Of a stretch of 64,000 nt of DNA, positions 24,745-38,099 are shown one piece after another. The stretch's first letter is position 1; every line of letters begins with the position of its first letter. The notes beneath the pieces were generated by a model, which was not told the origin of the DNA, searched no databases, and saw only the letters and a list, made by a program, of their open reading frames with translations. The stretch comes from Octopus vulgaris. Lineage: Eukaryota. The translations under genes and the position numbers were made by a program. The stretch lies in NCBI GenBank assembly GCA_951406725.2, contig OX597829.1, positions 40,920,001 to 40,984,000 on the forward strand, in the 5' to 3' direction.

Positions 24745-25762
24745 CAATATGTTTTGCCTTGGTATAAAAGAAGGGCTACAGCAAATATTCTGTTCAGTAC
24801 TACAGATTTGCTTGTCACTTGTTTGACCTTAACCAGTTGAGCATGTCCCTTGGTGGCTGACGATATGTGCACCTCTTATCACGAGTAGAAATAGTAGGGG
24901 AGAATCATAGCCACTTGTTGAGAGTAATTCCTTGGGGTTTGGCTACTTTACCTCTGGAATCATGGGTGTTTCGATCAATATCCTTAAACAACCCTCATTC
25001 AGGAACCATTTGAGCGAGATGGGCTACTCGACCTGAAGAAAATTCTTAACTAGGCCTCACCTGCGAAGTCATGCGTTGTTTATAAGATCACCATCTCGCG
25101 CATAGATGGTTGTGATGAATATGGTTGGTGTACCTTTATCAGACTGGTAATCACGATGGCTATATTTTTACCTCACGTCACTTTCCTAACACGCGCTGCT
25201 CAATAATAATAATAATAAAGCAATACCAGACATTGGTTCTCTTGGCTTCTAACCTCAACTGATTGGAAGTGTTATCATTTACATGTTTTGTATTGGTGTA
25301 AAAGATGGGTCACAACAAAAATCCTGCTTAATACTACAGATTTGCTTGTAAGCTGCTTGACCAGTTAAACATATCCCTTAGTGGATTACGATATGGGCAT
25401 CTCTGATCACGAGCAGGAGTAGTGGGGGAGCATCATAGCCATGTGTTGAGAGGAACTATTTGGGGTTTGAATAATTCCCCTTTGGAAACATGGGTGTTTC
25501 AGTCAACATCCTTAAACAACCCTTATTCAGGGACCTTTTAAGCGGGGTGGGTTACTCGACCAGAAGAAAATTCTAACTGGACCCCCACCTGCAAGATCAT
25601 GTACTGTTTATCTTGATATGAGATCACCATGTCGCGCGCATATGGTTGTGATGCATGTGCCTGGTGTACCTTTATCAGACGGGTAGTCATGATGGGTATA
25701 TTGGGCTTCGTAATTTTGTACCCCAGTGTCACTTTGTTGGCATGTACTGCTCTCTCACTCAA
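24745..25762. repeat. Two tandem diverged copies (~430 and ~520 bp) of an unclassified interspersed repeat
   Basis: 24750-25170 aligns with 25280-25710 (TACTACAGATTTGCTTG..CCTTAAACAACCCT..GATCACCAT..TACCTTTATCAGAC). Confidence 0.7.
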
Positions 25763-25785
25763 TAATAATAATAATAATAATAATA

Positions 25786-25832
<47 letters not shown>

Positions 25833-25919
25833 GGTGGTGGATTGTGCTGGATTGTGCTGGTGGTGGTGGTGATGATCATCATCATCAGCAGCAGCAGTAG
25901 CAGCAGCAGTAACAGCAGC

Positions 25920-26120
25920 TTTTCTACTATAGACTCAAGGCCTGAAATTTTCGTAAAGGGGCTAATCGATTATATCGACTCCAATGTTCAACTGCTACTT
26001 ATTCTATCAACCCCCAAAAGAACGAAAGTCAAAGTCAACATTGGAAAAAAAAATTTCAACCCAGAACATGAAGACAGACAAAATGCCGCCAAGCCGGCGT
26101 GCTAACGATTTTTTGCCCTG
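25920..26120 (-). mobile_element. SINE family A (old, diverged)
   Basis: CGGCGTGCTAACGATT and AAAGTCAAAGTCAAC remnants. Confidence 0.65.
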
Positions 26121-26868
26121 CACGAACAATAACAACATCATTGTATTCCTTTAATTCATTGTTTTAGACACACGGTCACTAAGTTCCATCACTGGTGCGT
26201 CAACTTACTGTGCTTGTCTACTGCGCTTACGTACTGCGCCTGCATACTGCGCCTACGTACAGCGCCTACCTACTGTATGATATAAACTTCATACTTTTCA
26301 GCATTTGGTATCAATTTCTAGACCGTGTTAATTCGAGAATAATGTTATTCGGAACCACGTCAATGAAGAGTATTACTTTAGAAGCAATAGCAGTCCTTGA
26401 TATTGTTTTATAACGTTAGCTATCGCTTCTGTTGTTAAAGGTACCCTGTATTTTAAATACTTCACGTTATGACCACCAGACTATTGGTTGAACAGTAACT
26501 GCGTTGAAATGCACGAATCGCTGTAGCCATAACAGTGAGCGGTTTCTCTTCAAATGTGCAAACCGTTGCATCTATCTTCGCAACACTAGCATCTCTACAA
26601 CTTTCCCACGGCTACAATGTATGTTCAAAGAAATAGTTTTACATAATATTCGGGATTGATATGGAAAGTTACGCCACTGATCTATTGATGTGATAGTGAT
26701 CGATAAAAATACAATATAATAGATAAATAGTGAGAGAGAGAGGGAGGAGAGAGAGAGAGAGAGAGAGACGGAGAGAAACGGAGAGAGCTTATAGCCTATA
26801 TAGATAAGTAGAGATATATGTGTGTATTTGCACACACACACACACACACTCACACACACACACACACG

Positions 26869-26902
<34 letters not shown>

Positions 26903-27064
26903 AATATATATATATTTATATACATATATGTATATACATATATATAGTGTGTGTGAGTGTGTACGTACGTACATATGTGTGTATGTATGCATGTATGTAT
27001 GTGTATACACACACATATATGTATATACATATATATGTGTTTATATATATATATGTATATTTAC

Positions 27065-27095
<31 letters not shown>

Positions 27096-27628
27096 TGTAT
27101 TTATACAGAAGTGTGTATGTGTGTTAATGCAGGAAGATAGCTATGCGTCTAAATAGTTACCGAATCATCCACATAAATGGTTATGTATACACATACACAA
27201 GCATACACAGACATATATACATACGTAAAGCTACATGGAGTCAGCCATATGACTGAAACGGTTAACAATAAAAGAGCATAAAATTATTATATAATAAAAT
27301 GTAATATATTATATAATATATGTATGGTGCATGTATACGTATACACACACACATACATACATATATGCATAAATATATATGTGTGTGTGTGTGTATTTAT
27401 GTCTATATTTACTTATACATATGCATACATACATGCATGCATACATACATACATACATACATACATACATACATACATACATGCATACATGCATACATAC
27501 ATACATACATACATACATACATACATACATACATACATACATACATACATACATACATACATACATACATACATACATACATACATACATACATACATAC
27601 ATACACTTGTATGTATATAGGCATAATT

Positions 27629-27861
27629 AAGGCGGCGAGCTGGTAGAATCGTTAGCACGCCGGGCGAAATGCTTAGCTGTATTTCGTCTGCCATTACGTT
27701 CTGAGTTCAAATTCCGCCGAGGTCGACTTTGTCTTTCATCCTTCCGAGGTCGATAAGTTAAGTAGCAGTTACGCACTGAGGTCGAAGTAATCGACTTATT
27801 CCCGTTTGTCTGTCCGTGTTTGTCCCCTCTATGTTTAGCCCCTTGTGGGCAATAAAGAAAT
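27629..27861 (+). mobile_element. SINE family A
   Basis: Full copy starting GGCGGCGAGCTGGTAGAATCG. Confidence 0.9.
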
Positions 27862-27869
27862 AGTATATA

Positions 27870-28710
27870 GGCATAACTGCCTAGTGCATGGGGTGATGCA
27901 CTGGCGATCTCAGAATCGTAGTTTCGAATCCCAGAGAGGGCGTTGTGCTGTATTCTTAAACAAAACGCTTCACCTCATGTTGCTATGCAAATCACAAGGT
28001 TATCTGATGTGTGGTATACCGTGCACCTGTACAAGCAATTTCGATTTGATGGAGTAAGTGAGCTAATGTACTGCACAAATATTTCATTCCTATAAACCAA
28101 GGGTCGCCAAACATTTTCGACCATTGGTCCCCTTTAGCCACTTTTCCTTCTGCATCGACGCCACCCCCTTTAGTCACTTCTCCTTCCGCATCGAACACCC
28201 ACCTCATTTAAAATATCTTAATACCCTACCTTACCGTACCGTATCTTAAATGCATGCTGGGTACTGATGCTGGCAATTAAAATGTCAGCTAAAATATACA
28301 TGTACGACAAATTAAGAAATTCTATTGAAGATGACACTTTTTACATTTAAAAACCACGTGTACGAGTATATAGTATTAAACTTGCAATTTTTATGAAATT
28401 GTTTTCACGGTTAGAAAACGTGAAAAATGCATCATATTGCTGGAATATCTTTTATTGGAATTGGCAACATCAATAGGAGGGATGGGCATGGCGCTGACTA
28501 AGTATTTCAAGCAGTCCATCTGGGTGCCCTTTCGCAAGCTGAGCATCCCTCCCCATTCGACCCCTTGGCTATCGTCGACCCCCTGTAATTCCTCGCCGAC
28601 ACCTAGGGGTTCCCTCGAACCCTCTTTGGTGACCCCTGCTATAAACCAATCAATTGTGCAGGTTATTCAGCAACAAACTGCTGAATCCTCATCTGTCGTC
28701 TACGACTGTA
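27870..28710 (+). mobile_element. Old tRNA-derived SINE (family C), interrupted by a hAT MITE; second copy at ~28885-29305
   Basis: GCCTAGTG..GTTTCGAATCCC head; shared GTGTGGTA.AC.TGCACCTGT..GTGAGCTA.TGT body. Confidence 0.6.
28098..28638. mobile_element. hAT-type MITE
   Basis: TIRs CAAGGGTCGCCAAA / TTTGGTGACCCCTG; exact 8-bp TSD CTATAAAC (28090-28097/28639-28646). Confidence 0.85.
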
Positions 28711-28798
28711 GAGTCCATAATATATATATATATATGGTGCCCAGTATGACCGCAGACTGAAACAAGTAAGAGATAAGAGATAAAGGATACAACACATA

Positions 28799-28872
<74 letters not shown>

Positions 28873-29305
28873 AATGTATGTGAGTACGCCTGGCCTAGTC
28901 GCTGGGGTGTTGCAATCGCGAGATCGGTTTTCAATTCGTAGATTGGGCGTTGCCTTGTGTTCTTGACGAAAACACTTCACCTCGCTTTGCCCTGCACTCA
29001 CTTTGACACCTGACGTGTGGTACACATGCACCTGTTCAGACAAGGTCGATTTCAGGGAGAGTGAGCTAGTGTGTGACACGAATATTTGATCACTATAAAA
29101 TATTCTTCGACTGGAGAGTCAATCATGCATATACAAAATACTTCATCTCACGTTCCTCTGCAATCGTTTCGACGGGTGACGCGTGGTACACTTTGAACCT
29201 TTTCAGGAACGATTTGATGGAGGGAGCTGGCCAAAATTTGATTACTATAAAAAAAAGTTATCAGCTCTGGTCGTTCAGGAAGAAATTGCTCAGCCGTCTT
29301 TCTCG

Positions 29306-29380
<75 letters not shown>

Positions 29381-30916
29381 TGTATGTATGTATGTATGTA
29401 TGTATGTATGTATGTATGTATGTATGTATGTATGTATGTATGTATGTATATGTGTGCCTGTGTGTATGTATGTATATATATATATATGTATGTATATGCA
29501 TATGTGTGCGTGTGTGTATGTATGTATGTATATATATGTATATATGTATGTATGTATATATGTATATGTATATATATATGTATATATATATATATACACA
29601 CACACACACGCACACATATACATAGCTTAATTTAAACATCTCTCTTACCTTATTTATATACTTTTATTTCATGTGTGTGTGTGCGTGTGTGCGTGTGCAC
29701 GCGCGTGTGTATGCATGTGGGAGCATATGTGTGTGTGTGCTCAAATTATACTACGTACGTTTCCACACAGTGATTATTTACTCATTAATGTATTATATGA
29801 CATGATCACGTAACCAGACTATTTCGTCTGGTAATTTAAGCAGTTAATTTATAAAATTTGATCAGCGAAAATTCTACTTTGAATTTCAAAATTGTTTTAT
29901 ACACCAGTTTTCACATATCAACTATTCAAATTGCCTGACGAAATGGCCTGGTTGTGTGGATCATGTAATAAGATATAATAATGAACAATTAAATATACCA
30001 TACAAAGGAAACGTACGTAGCGCTACTTGAAATACATCCCTATTCACATTATTTTATTATGTACTACATCGTGTTAAATGTTTGTTGTTATATACAATGG
30101 ATTTACTGAGAACTTCTTATCATAATTTATGTAATCAATCTTGCATTACTTATTCTATTGGCTGGTTTATAAGTAGTGAGCTTCACTTATAATTCCCCTG
30201 AATACCTTGTTAGCCTAATATATGCAGGAGTGCAAATGATTTGATTGCCTGGATAGTTTATCCCCTACCCCACCCCACTAATGTATATGCATGTATGAAT
30301 GTATGTATGTATATACATATATATGCACATCTATATAAATATACATTTATACACATTATATACATACATACATACAAATGTATGTATATGTAAACACACA
30401 CACACACCCATACACATATGTAAAGGAAAAGGAAAGAAAGATAAACAGAGCGACAATCAGATCGAGAGAATATGTCAAGACAAGATTGAAAGATTATGAC
30501 ATAATAACAATTATCATAGTAGTAGTAGTAGTTGTAGTGGTGGTGGTGGTGGTGGTGGTAGTAGTAAGACGGAGGAGGAGGAGGGGGTGGAGGAGAAGAA
30601 AAGAAGAAGAAGAAGAAGAAGAAGAAGAAGAAGAAGAAGAAGAAGAAGAAGAAGAAGAAGAAGAAGAAGAAGAAGAAGAATGATAGTAATAATATCTTTA
30701 TTATTGGCACAAACACCTTTTATTATATGGACAATAATAAACGCATACATAAAGCTTGACGAAACCTGTTGCTAAAGATAAAATAAAATTAAGTACATCA
30801 TGCATACATATTTTGTGTGTGTGTGTATGTGTGTGTGTGTGTGTGTGAACATATTTATTATTGGATATACATTGCATACACAGCATATAGATGGCAATTT
30901 AAAGAATGTAAAAATA

Positions 30917-32182
30917 CGAGGGACGTTCAATAAGTAATGCCTCTGACCCACTTGTAGTTGGTTGATCTAGCTGAAATTTTGCATGTGCAATTATTTATAG
31001 CTCTGAACTAATTGTGGTTTCTGATTTACAGGTGTTTGAACTGAGTCAAGTGTGAAATGGAGCCTGTTCAGTGTCGAGCAGTGATTCGGTTTTTGTATTT
31101 GAAAGGACGCACACCACGGGAGACTTTTGATGAAATGAAAGTAACTTATGGTGATGATGCCCCATCATATGACCTTGTAAAACGCTGGCATCGTGAATTC
31201 AACCTTGGTCGGAACTCTGTGGAAACAGCTCCCAGATCTGGTCGCCCCCCTTCTGCCATTGATGACGCATCTGTCCGTCAAGTTGAGGCTGCTATTTTGG
31301 AAGATCGACGCATAACTATTCGCCAAATAGCCCATGAGGTCAAGATTAGTACCGGGTCCGTGGAAACTATCATTCATGACCATTTACATATCCAAAAGTT
31401 GTCTGCCAGATGGATTCCCAGGTTGCTCACACCTTTCCAGAAGCAAGAACGCGTCGAGTGCTCGAGGATGAATTTGGAGATGTGCCAAGAAGATGAGTCA
31501 AAATTTTTCAAAAGACTGATTACACAGGATAAAACCTGGGTCCATCACTATAATCCAGAGACCAAAGCCCAGTCAATGCAGTGGAAGCAACGTGACTCAC
31601 CTCCTCCAAAGAAGGCAAGGGTGCAGCCCTCCGCTGGCAAGGTCGTGCTCACAGTCTTCTAGGATCAGGGCGGAGTAGTGATGACAGAGTTCCTGGCAAG
31701 GGGCACCACAATTACAGGAGCCTATTATGCTTCACTTTTGAGGAATTTAAGAGAAGCTACCAAAATCAAGAGGCGGGGCATGATCAGGAAAGGCATCCTC
31801 CTCCTGCAGGACAACGCTCCGGTCCACAACTCGTGTGTCGCCAGATCAGAAGCACAGGCGTGCGGCTATGAACTCCTCCCCCATCCCCCCTACTCTCCTG
31901 ACCTTGCACCCTCTGATTTTCACCTCTTCCCAGCCATGAAGTCGTTTTTGAAAGGAAAGCGTTACCCAGATGATGCAGCCTTGATTTCTGAAGTCACGTC
32001 GTGATTGGAGGACCAAGCTGGGGTCTTCTACAAAAACGGTCTCCAGAGCTGCATCAAACGATGGGAGAAATGCGTAACTCCGGGTGGTTCCTATGTAGAA
32101 AAAGACTAATAACTATGCCAAGTTTCGTTGCTCTACTGCTATGGGAAGTGGGTTAGGGGCATTACTTATTGAACGCCCCTCG
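30917..32182 (+). mobile_element. Full-length mariner (DD34D) transposon, 1266 bp
   Basis: TA TSD; ~37-bp TIRs CGAGGGACGTTCAATAAGTAATGCC / GGCATTACTTATTGAACGCCCCTCG. Confidence 0.95.
31057..32109 (+). pseudogene. Mariner transposase, 350 codons in one frame with two in-frame stops
   Basis: N-terminal HTH, WIPRLL, ITQDKTW, LLQDNAPVH..34 aa..YSPDLAPSD, RWEKCV..GSYVEK; stops TAG (31660) and TGA (32002) at expected Trp positions. Confidence 0.93.
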
Positions 32183-32593
32183 TATATACGTTTATACACC
32201 CAAACATGAGTGAGAATTTACGAGTTAAGGTTATAATCAGGGCACCTACGATTCGTTGTTTTAGATTAGAAAGTACAAAAAAAGAAAATCCGTAAGTTTT
32301 CTTTTATTCTCTCTGTCCCATTTATTGTATCATGAGCCAATGAACGGTGTGTAACTCTCTAACCTAGCTGCTTATTTGTCCTTGATTATGAAAAGAAAGA
32401 AGGTAGACATTCCGGTATAACCTAACCCAGTTGATAGAGAGTATACTACCTTACATACCAAAATTGGAACATTCAACCAGACTCAAATATACTAATGCTT
32501 TAGAGAGTATTTGTAACGGACACAAAAATTAAAAAGAAAATTAGTAAAGGGTACAATAGTAGAACTGTCTAATATTAAAAGCTGGATTAAATA

Positions 32594-32800
32594 CGGCGAG
32601 CTGGCGCAATTGTTAGCCCGCGGAGAAAAATGCTTAGCAGCATTTCGTCTGTCTTTACGTTCTGAGTTCAAATTCCACCGAAGTCGACGTTACCTTTCAT
32701 CCGTTCTGTGTTGATAAAGATAAGTACTAATAGAGCCCTGGGGTAGATGTAATCGATCTATCTACCCGCTGAAATTGCTAGCCTCCTGCCAAAATTTGAA
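32594..32800 (+). mobile_element. SINE family A variant
   Basis: Family A head and centre with a different 3' tail. Confidence 0.75.
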
Positions 32801-33208
32801 TCCAATATTAAAAAATGGACTTTAGTGTTTCAAAAGCGATAAGTGAAAATACGTTAGGCACCGTAATCATAAAACACAAGTGCAACATAAACTGGGCGTT
32901 ATGTGAATTGAACAGCTTGCATTGAAAAATAGAGAAACGACCAAGAATGCCCTGAGCCAGGTACGGTTTACGTCCTCCGGACAGATGGGGGGTCAGTGCC
33001 TGATTCAAATAAAGAAGCACTAAACAGTAACAGCAGTCGGATTACTTAGTAGCAAGTAAAAGGAAAATAATTAATATGATAACACGAAGAAATCAATATC
33101 ACACACACATACACACACACACATACACGCACACACATACACACACACATACATACATGCATATATATATACGTATGTGTATATATATATATCAAGTACT
33201 CACCCCGA

Positions 33209-33341
<133 letters not shown>

Positions 33342-33348
33342 TACAAAA

Positions 33349-33562
33349 AGGCGGCGAGCTGGCAGAAACGTTTGCACGCCAGGCGAAATGCGTAGCCGTA
33401 TTTCGTCTGCCGTTACGTTCTGGGTTCAAATTCCGCCGAGGTCGACTTTGCCTTTCATCCTTTCGGGGTCGATAAATTAAGTACCAGATGTAATCGACTT
33501 AATCCGTTTGTCTGTCTTTGTTTGTCCCCTCTGTGCTTAGCCCCTTGTGGGTAGTAAAGAAA
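33349..33562 (+). mobile_element. SINE family A
   Basis: Full copy between (TA)n and (TATG)n. Confidence 0.9.
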
Positions 33563-33709
33563 TATATATATGCATGCATGCATGTATGTATGTATGTATG
33601 TATGTATGTATGTATGTATGTATGCATGCATGCATGCATGCATGCATGTATGTATGTATGTATGTATGTATGTATGTATGTATGTATGTATGTATGTATG
33701 TATTAGGAA

Positions 33710-34385
33710 CCAACAAAATATGAACAATAAACTAAGTACACTGAAGAAAACCCTTTGGATAATGACAAAAGAAAAGAAAAGGTTAAAATGCACAAGATAA
33801 AATAAAAGCGTTATTTGAAATATATACTAGATGGGAACTTGGGATAAAAATAAACATAAGACACAATGGTCAATCGCTTTCCCGATTTGACAAAGACGAA
33901 TAAGAATAAACCCAATGAGAGCCAGCAATAACTCAAACAAGAAGAAGCATAAGTTCTAATTTTACCCGCACATGTCCATTACTTAGTCACATAATATATG
34001 GCAATAAAATAATCGAAGAACATGCTGACGTCAAATGCAGAGTATGCGGCCAGTACAATGAGACATTTGACCACATTACCTCTAGTTACCAAGTCCTGGT
34101 ACATCAATAGATCTAATCAAATTGACAGCTAATATCCACTGGAAAACATTTCGATACTTCGACTTGTTATGACATAAACTTATACCAAACACAGTACAAT
34201 GCAACGATCTGGATACAATCGTCTGATAGAGAAAAGGATCAAGGAAAATCGTCAGATGTGATAAACAAGCCTTGGAGCGAAGATTTCTGCAGTCTGATAG
34301 ATACTTCAATTCCATTGAACAAAATATTACCAAGAAAGAGATGACTAAGCTGTCACAATATAAGGTTTGAAATATGTTGAGTGTA
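33710..34385 (+). mobile_element. Decayed RLE-type (Dong/R4-like) LINE remnant
   Basis: KCRVCGQYNETFDHITSS (CCHC-region), IHWK and DRK..ENR.D-like fragments. Confidence 0.55.
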
Positions 34386-34399
34386 AGGTAAATGATCGT

Positions 34400-34699
34400 G
34401 GATGCACATGGCCTAGTGGTTAGAGCAGCGGACTCGCGGTCGAGGGATCGCAGGTTCGAATCTCAGACCGGGCGATATGTGTGTTTATGAGCGAAACGCC
34501 TAAGCTCCACGCGGCTCCGGCAGAAGGTAATGGCGAAACTTCTGCTGACTCTTTCGCCACGACTTTCTCTCACTCTTTCCTCCTGCATCTAGCAGTTCAC
34601 CTGCGACGGACCGGCGTCCCGTCCAGGTGGGGAACCTATACGCCAGGAAACCAGGAAACCGGACCTTATGAGCCAGGCATGGATCGAGAAGGAACAAAC
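34400..34699 (+). mobile_element. tRNA-derived SINE family D2
   Basis: A box TGGCCTAGTGG, B box GGTTCGAATCT; TSD AAGGTAAATGAT(C/T)GT (34385/34700). Confidence 0.88.
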
Positions 34700-34953
34700 A
34701 AGGTAAATGATTGTAGTCTTTCGTATTCCAAGAAAGACGGTTCTGCAATTTCTTGCTGAACAAGCTGCACTTTGTTTATGGTGATGAAATGTATGTGCTA
34801 TACATTAAGCTCACTCCTTTCATCAGATCGACATTACCCGAACAAGTGCACGGTATACCACGCACCAAGTGTCAAACTTATTGGATATTTTTTGTTTTTG
34901 TTTTTGTTTTCTCGTTTTTGCTTTCTTTCTGCCGTCAGCCATTTTCATTCTCC

Positions 34954-35179
34954 TATTTCTTTACTACCCACAAGGGGCTAAATACAGAGAGGACAAACAA
35001 GGACAGACGAAGGGATTAAGTCGATTACATCGACCCCAGTGCGTAACTGGTACTTAATTTATCGACCCCGATAGGATGAAAAGCAAAGTCGACCTCGGCG
35101 GAATTTGAACTCAAAACGTAACGGCAGACGAAACACGGCTACGCATTTCGCCCGGCGTGCTAACGTTTCTGCCAGCTCG
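34954..35179 (-). mobile_element. SINE family A
   Basis: 18-bp TSD CAGCCATTTTCATTCTCC. Confidence 0.9.
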
Positions 35180-35934
35180 CAGCCATTTTCATTCTCCATT
35201 CACCCATTATCGTCGCAAGACGTTTGAAGTGGTGCCGGTGTTGTTAGATTTCCACGTGTATAATTCTTTTTTAAAGAAGCGAGTAAAAAGATCTTCAACA
35301 GAGATTGGATGTAAAAGATTTCCACTGTTTCAATGTATCAGCTGTATGAAGTCCATGACTAACACCTAAACAGAAGAGTGGAAATACAGATTGCCCAGTA
35401 GACTGTAGTTAAGCATTCTCTAGAAATGATACTGTTTAAGTATGGGAATCAGAAAGGAAGATATGGCTTCTTGTTGCTGTTGTACTGAGAAAGTCAATAA
35501 GCAGAAGGTGTGTGTGTGTGTGTGATACAAGGGGGATACAGTGTACCATTCACCCATTACCGTCGCAAGACGTTTGAAGTGGTGCCAGCAAGAGAGCCAG
35601 ACCTCTACGTCCTGGTCGTCGTCAGTTTGTCACCAAAGTCGAGGGAATTCTATCGGCCATTCTCGGATCTAGGACAAGTGATTTTCGCGAAGCATCGATT
35701 TCTATATCCTGTTGTTGCTCCTACTAATGTGGTCTGCCACTCTCTTTCCTGTTCTTTCTTTCAAGTTCCTCCAACTGAAAACCTTCAAGCTGTTCTTTGG
35801 CATGTGTAACACCAGGCTTTCTGCGCCGCACCGCCATTCGGATAGGTTTTTTTTTGTTGTTGTTTATATTCTGCGCCAACGATTGACTACATCTCTGTGA
35901 TGGCTCAGTTGTTTACAGGGATCGCCAGGCCTGG

Positions 35935-36345
35935 CTTGTACTTACTTGTACTTGTACTTGTGTCAACATTCACCCTAGGCGGGTTGAGTCGGCTTCTTCT
36001 ACTTATGGAAGAAGTTTCGTGGGAATATGTGGATTTCACAAGCGGTCCCCAACAATCCCGCATGTAGAGACATCCTGTTTGCCGCAGATTGTCCGCAGAT
36101 GCAGGGACAGAACGACCGAGGAACCTCCGGTTGCCGAAGCAGACACTCCGAGGATTTTCACCAGAGCCCCGTCTGCCGGGTTGTGGCCCTAATACCAATC
36201 GGTGTCAGACCAATCCGCCTTGGGTGGCCCTACCAGGAACCGAAGTTCCCGACGGCATAGCTCTGACACTACCCGTTGCCAGCGTCCCCACCACGGTGAG
36301 GAGGGGATGGACTTTGGGGACGCCCGGCTTGTCCTTGAACATCTC
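35935..36345 (-). mobile_element. Short non-autonomous RTE-derived element (structured 5' UTR plus (ACAAGT)n tail)
   Basis: GAGCTATGCCGTCGGG..CCTGGTAGGGCCACCCAAGGC resembles RTE/Expander-type 5' UTRs (from memory); ACAAGT repeats at 35935-35962; no coding region between. Confidence 0.6.
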
Positions 36346-37201
36346 ACTGAAATACAGGTCATTTTCAATCCCATTTGGTGTCTGCAACCTACAAATATGT
36401 TTTTGAAACTGCTAGGACTGGAGAAAGAGACAGCGTCCATGGCCTTCGCACAACCTTTGAAACTGTAAATATTACGATGAAATACACGGTTAGGAAAGAA
36501 AGCGAAAGAGGTCCTGACATATCTTTCTCACGTACTTTGTTTTTCTTTACTGACAGCTGACCCACATAAATTTTTTGGAAGGCAACATTAGTAAAAGAAT
36601 GACTGCATTTTTGCAGCTTTCGTTATTGGTTACCTTAAGTGAAATTGTCATCGTTTTTTCTGTGCTATGCAAATGTCTGTGTTTACTTCTTTAAGTGGTG
36701 TCATTTTCTCTTCTTGTTTCTCGTTTTTTTTTTGTTTTTACCCAATGTTTTTGTTTTTTTCTATCTCTAAATTATTGTACGTGTTTACAAAATTTCCAAA
36801 AACCTGTTCAAAATTTTTGAGGGCGTGTTCGTCTGGCGAGAAAGAAGAAGAAGAAGAAGAAGAAGAAGAAGAAGAAGAAGAAGAAGAAGAAGAAGAAGAA
36901 GAAGAAGAAGAAGAAGAAGAAGAAGAAGAAGAAGAAGAAGAAGAAGCCTTGATGTTACATAAATGAGTGTTTAAAAGCTATAACTAAACTGTCTAAAGAC
37001 AAACCTTATTATTTTTCTACTCCAGAGGTAAAAAAGGGTGGGTACTCAAACGTTCCAAAGACTAACAATTCAAATAGGATTGTTTTTCATTGAATACAAA
37101 TATGGTAATCCGTCTCTTTCACGGAGTCATTTGACACGCCCGCTCTTCTTGAAACACAACAATAATTACCACTAATCAGCAAGCGCCAGCACCACCACCA
37201 T

Positions 37202-37265
<64 letters not shown>

Positions 37266-37741
37266 ATGGTGAGTCACAGGCCTGCAGTTTTGAAGGGTGG
37301 TGCTCGCCGATCATAGCGATCCAGTACGTGGCTGATCATTTTTTTTTTCGATCCCAAAATGTTGAAACCAAAGTTGACTTCGAGGAATTCGGGTCTTAGA
37401 GAGCCGGAAGAAATACCGTTAAGCAATTTTATTCCAAGTAGCAACGAATCTGCCAGCTCGACTCCCTGATAATTTATACTATAAGAAGGAACGTTGTTCA
37501 TTAATTAGTTGTATGCAACTTCTACCAAAGGAAAGCAATTTTTAAAGTTTACAATATCAAGATAACTCTTATAAATTCTGGTGTTAATATTTTTTTTTAT
37601 CAAAATGTAGTTTTTAAACTTCTTTTATTATTGAAAATTTCAACTCAACTCTAAGCATGAAACTAATTTTTATTTACTGTACGTTTTTAACGTCTATATT
37701 CTGCTATTATTTTCTTGCAACCCTGTCTGTTTGTTTGGCTC

Positions 37742-37809
<68 letters not shown>

Positions 37810-38099
37810 TCTCACTCTCCATCTCTTCGTTGTATATCGTCTCTACTCTTATCGGTCTCTCTATTCTTGCACCATTATAAATTTTTCTCACCCACTCTTA
37901 TTCCCATCCGTTTCTTTTTAACATCTTTCCTTCGGTCGTGTGATTGTTGTTGTTGTTGTTGTTGTTGTTGTTCTTCTTCTTCTTCTTCTTCTTCTTCTTC
38001 TTCTTCTTCTTCTTCTTCTTCTTCTCTCTTTCTTTCTCGCTCTCTATCTCTCTCTATATATACATACATATACATATATACATATATATATCTATATAT

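Noticed and set aside
26205-26275. Short TACTGCGCC-type tandem repeats as a regulatory array
   Set aside because: Only 5-6 degenerate units; indistinguishable from minisatellite slippage.
31057-32109. Domesticated SETMAR-like gene
   Set aside because: No SET domain; it has TIRs, a TA TSD and in-frame stops.
34400-34475. Bona fide tRNA gene (also the heads at 2485, 54563 and others)
   Set aside because: No proper acceptor stem; each continues into a SINE body, several of them bounded by TSDs.
35196-35586. 41-bp direct repeat (35196-35236 / 35546-35586) as an LTR pair
   Set aside because: Too short and without TG..CA ends; more likely two 3' tails of an old RTE-like repeat.
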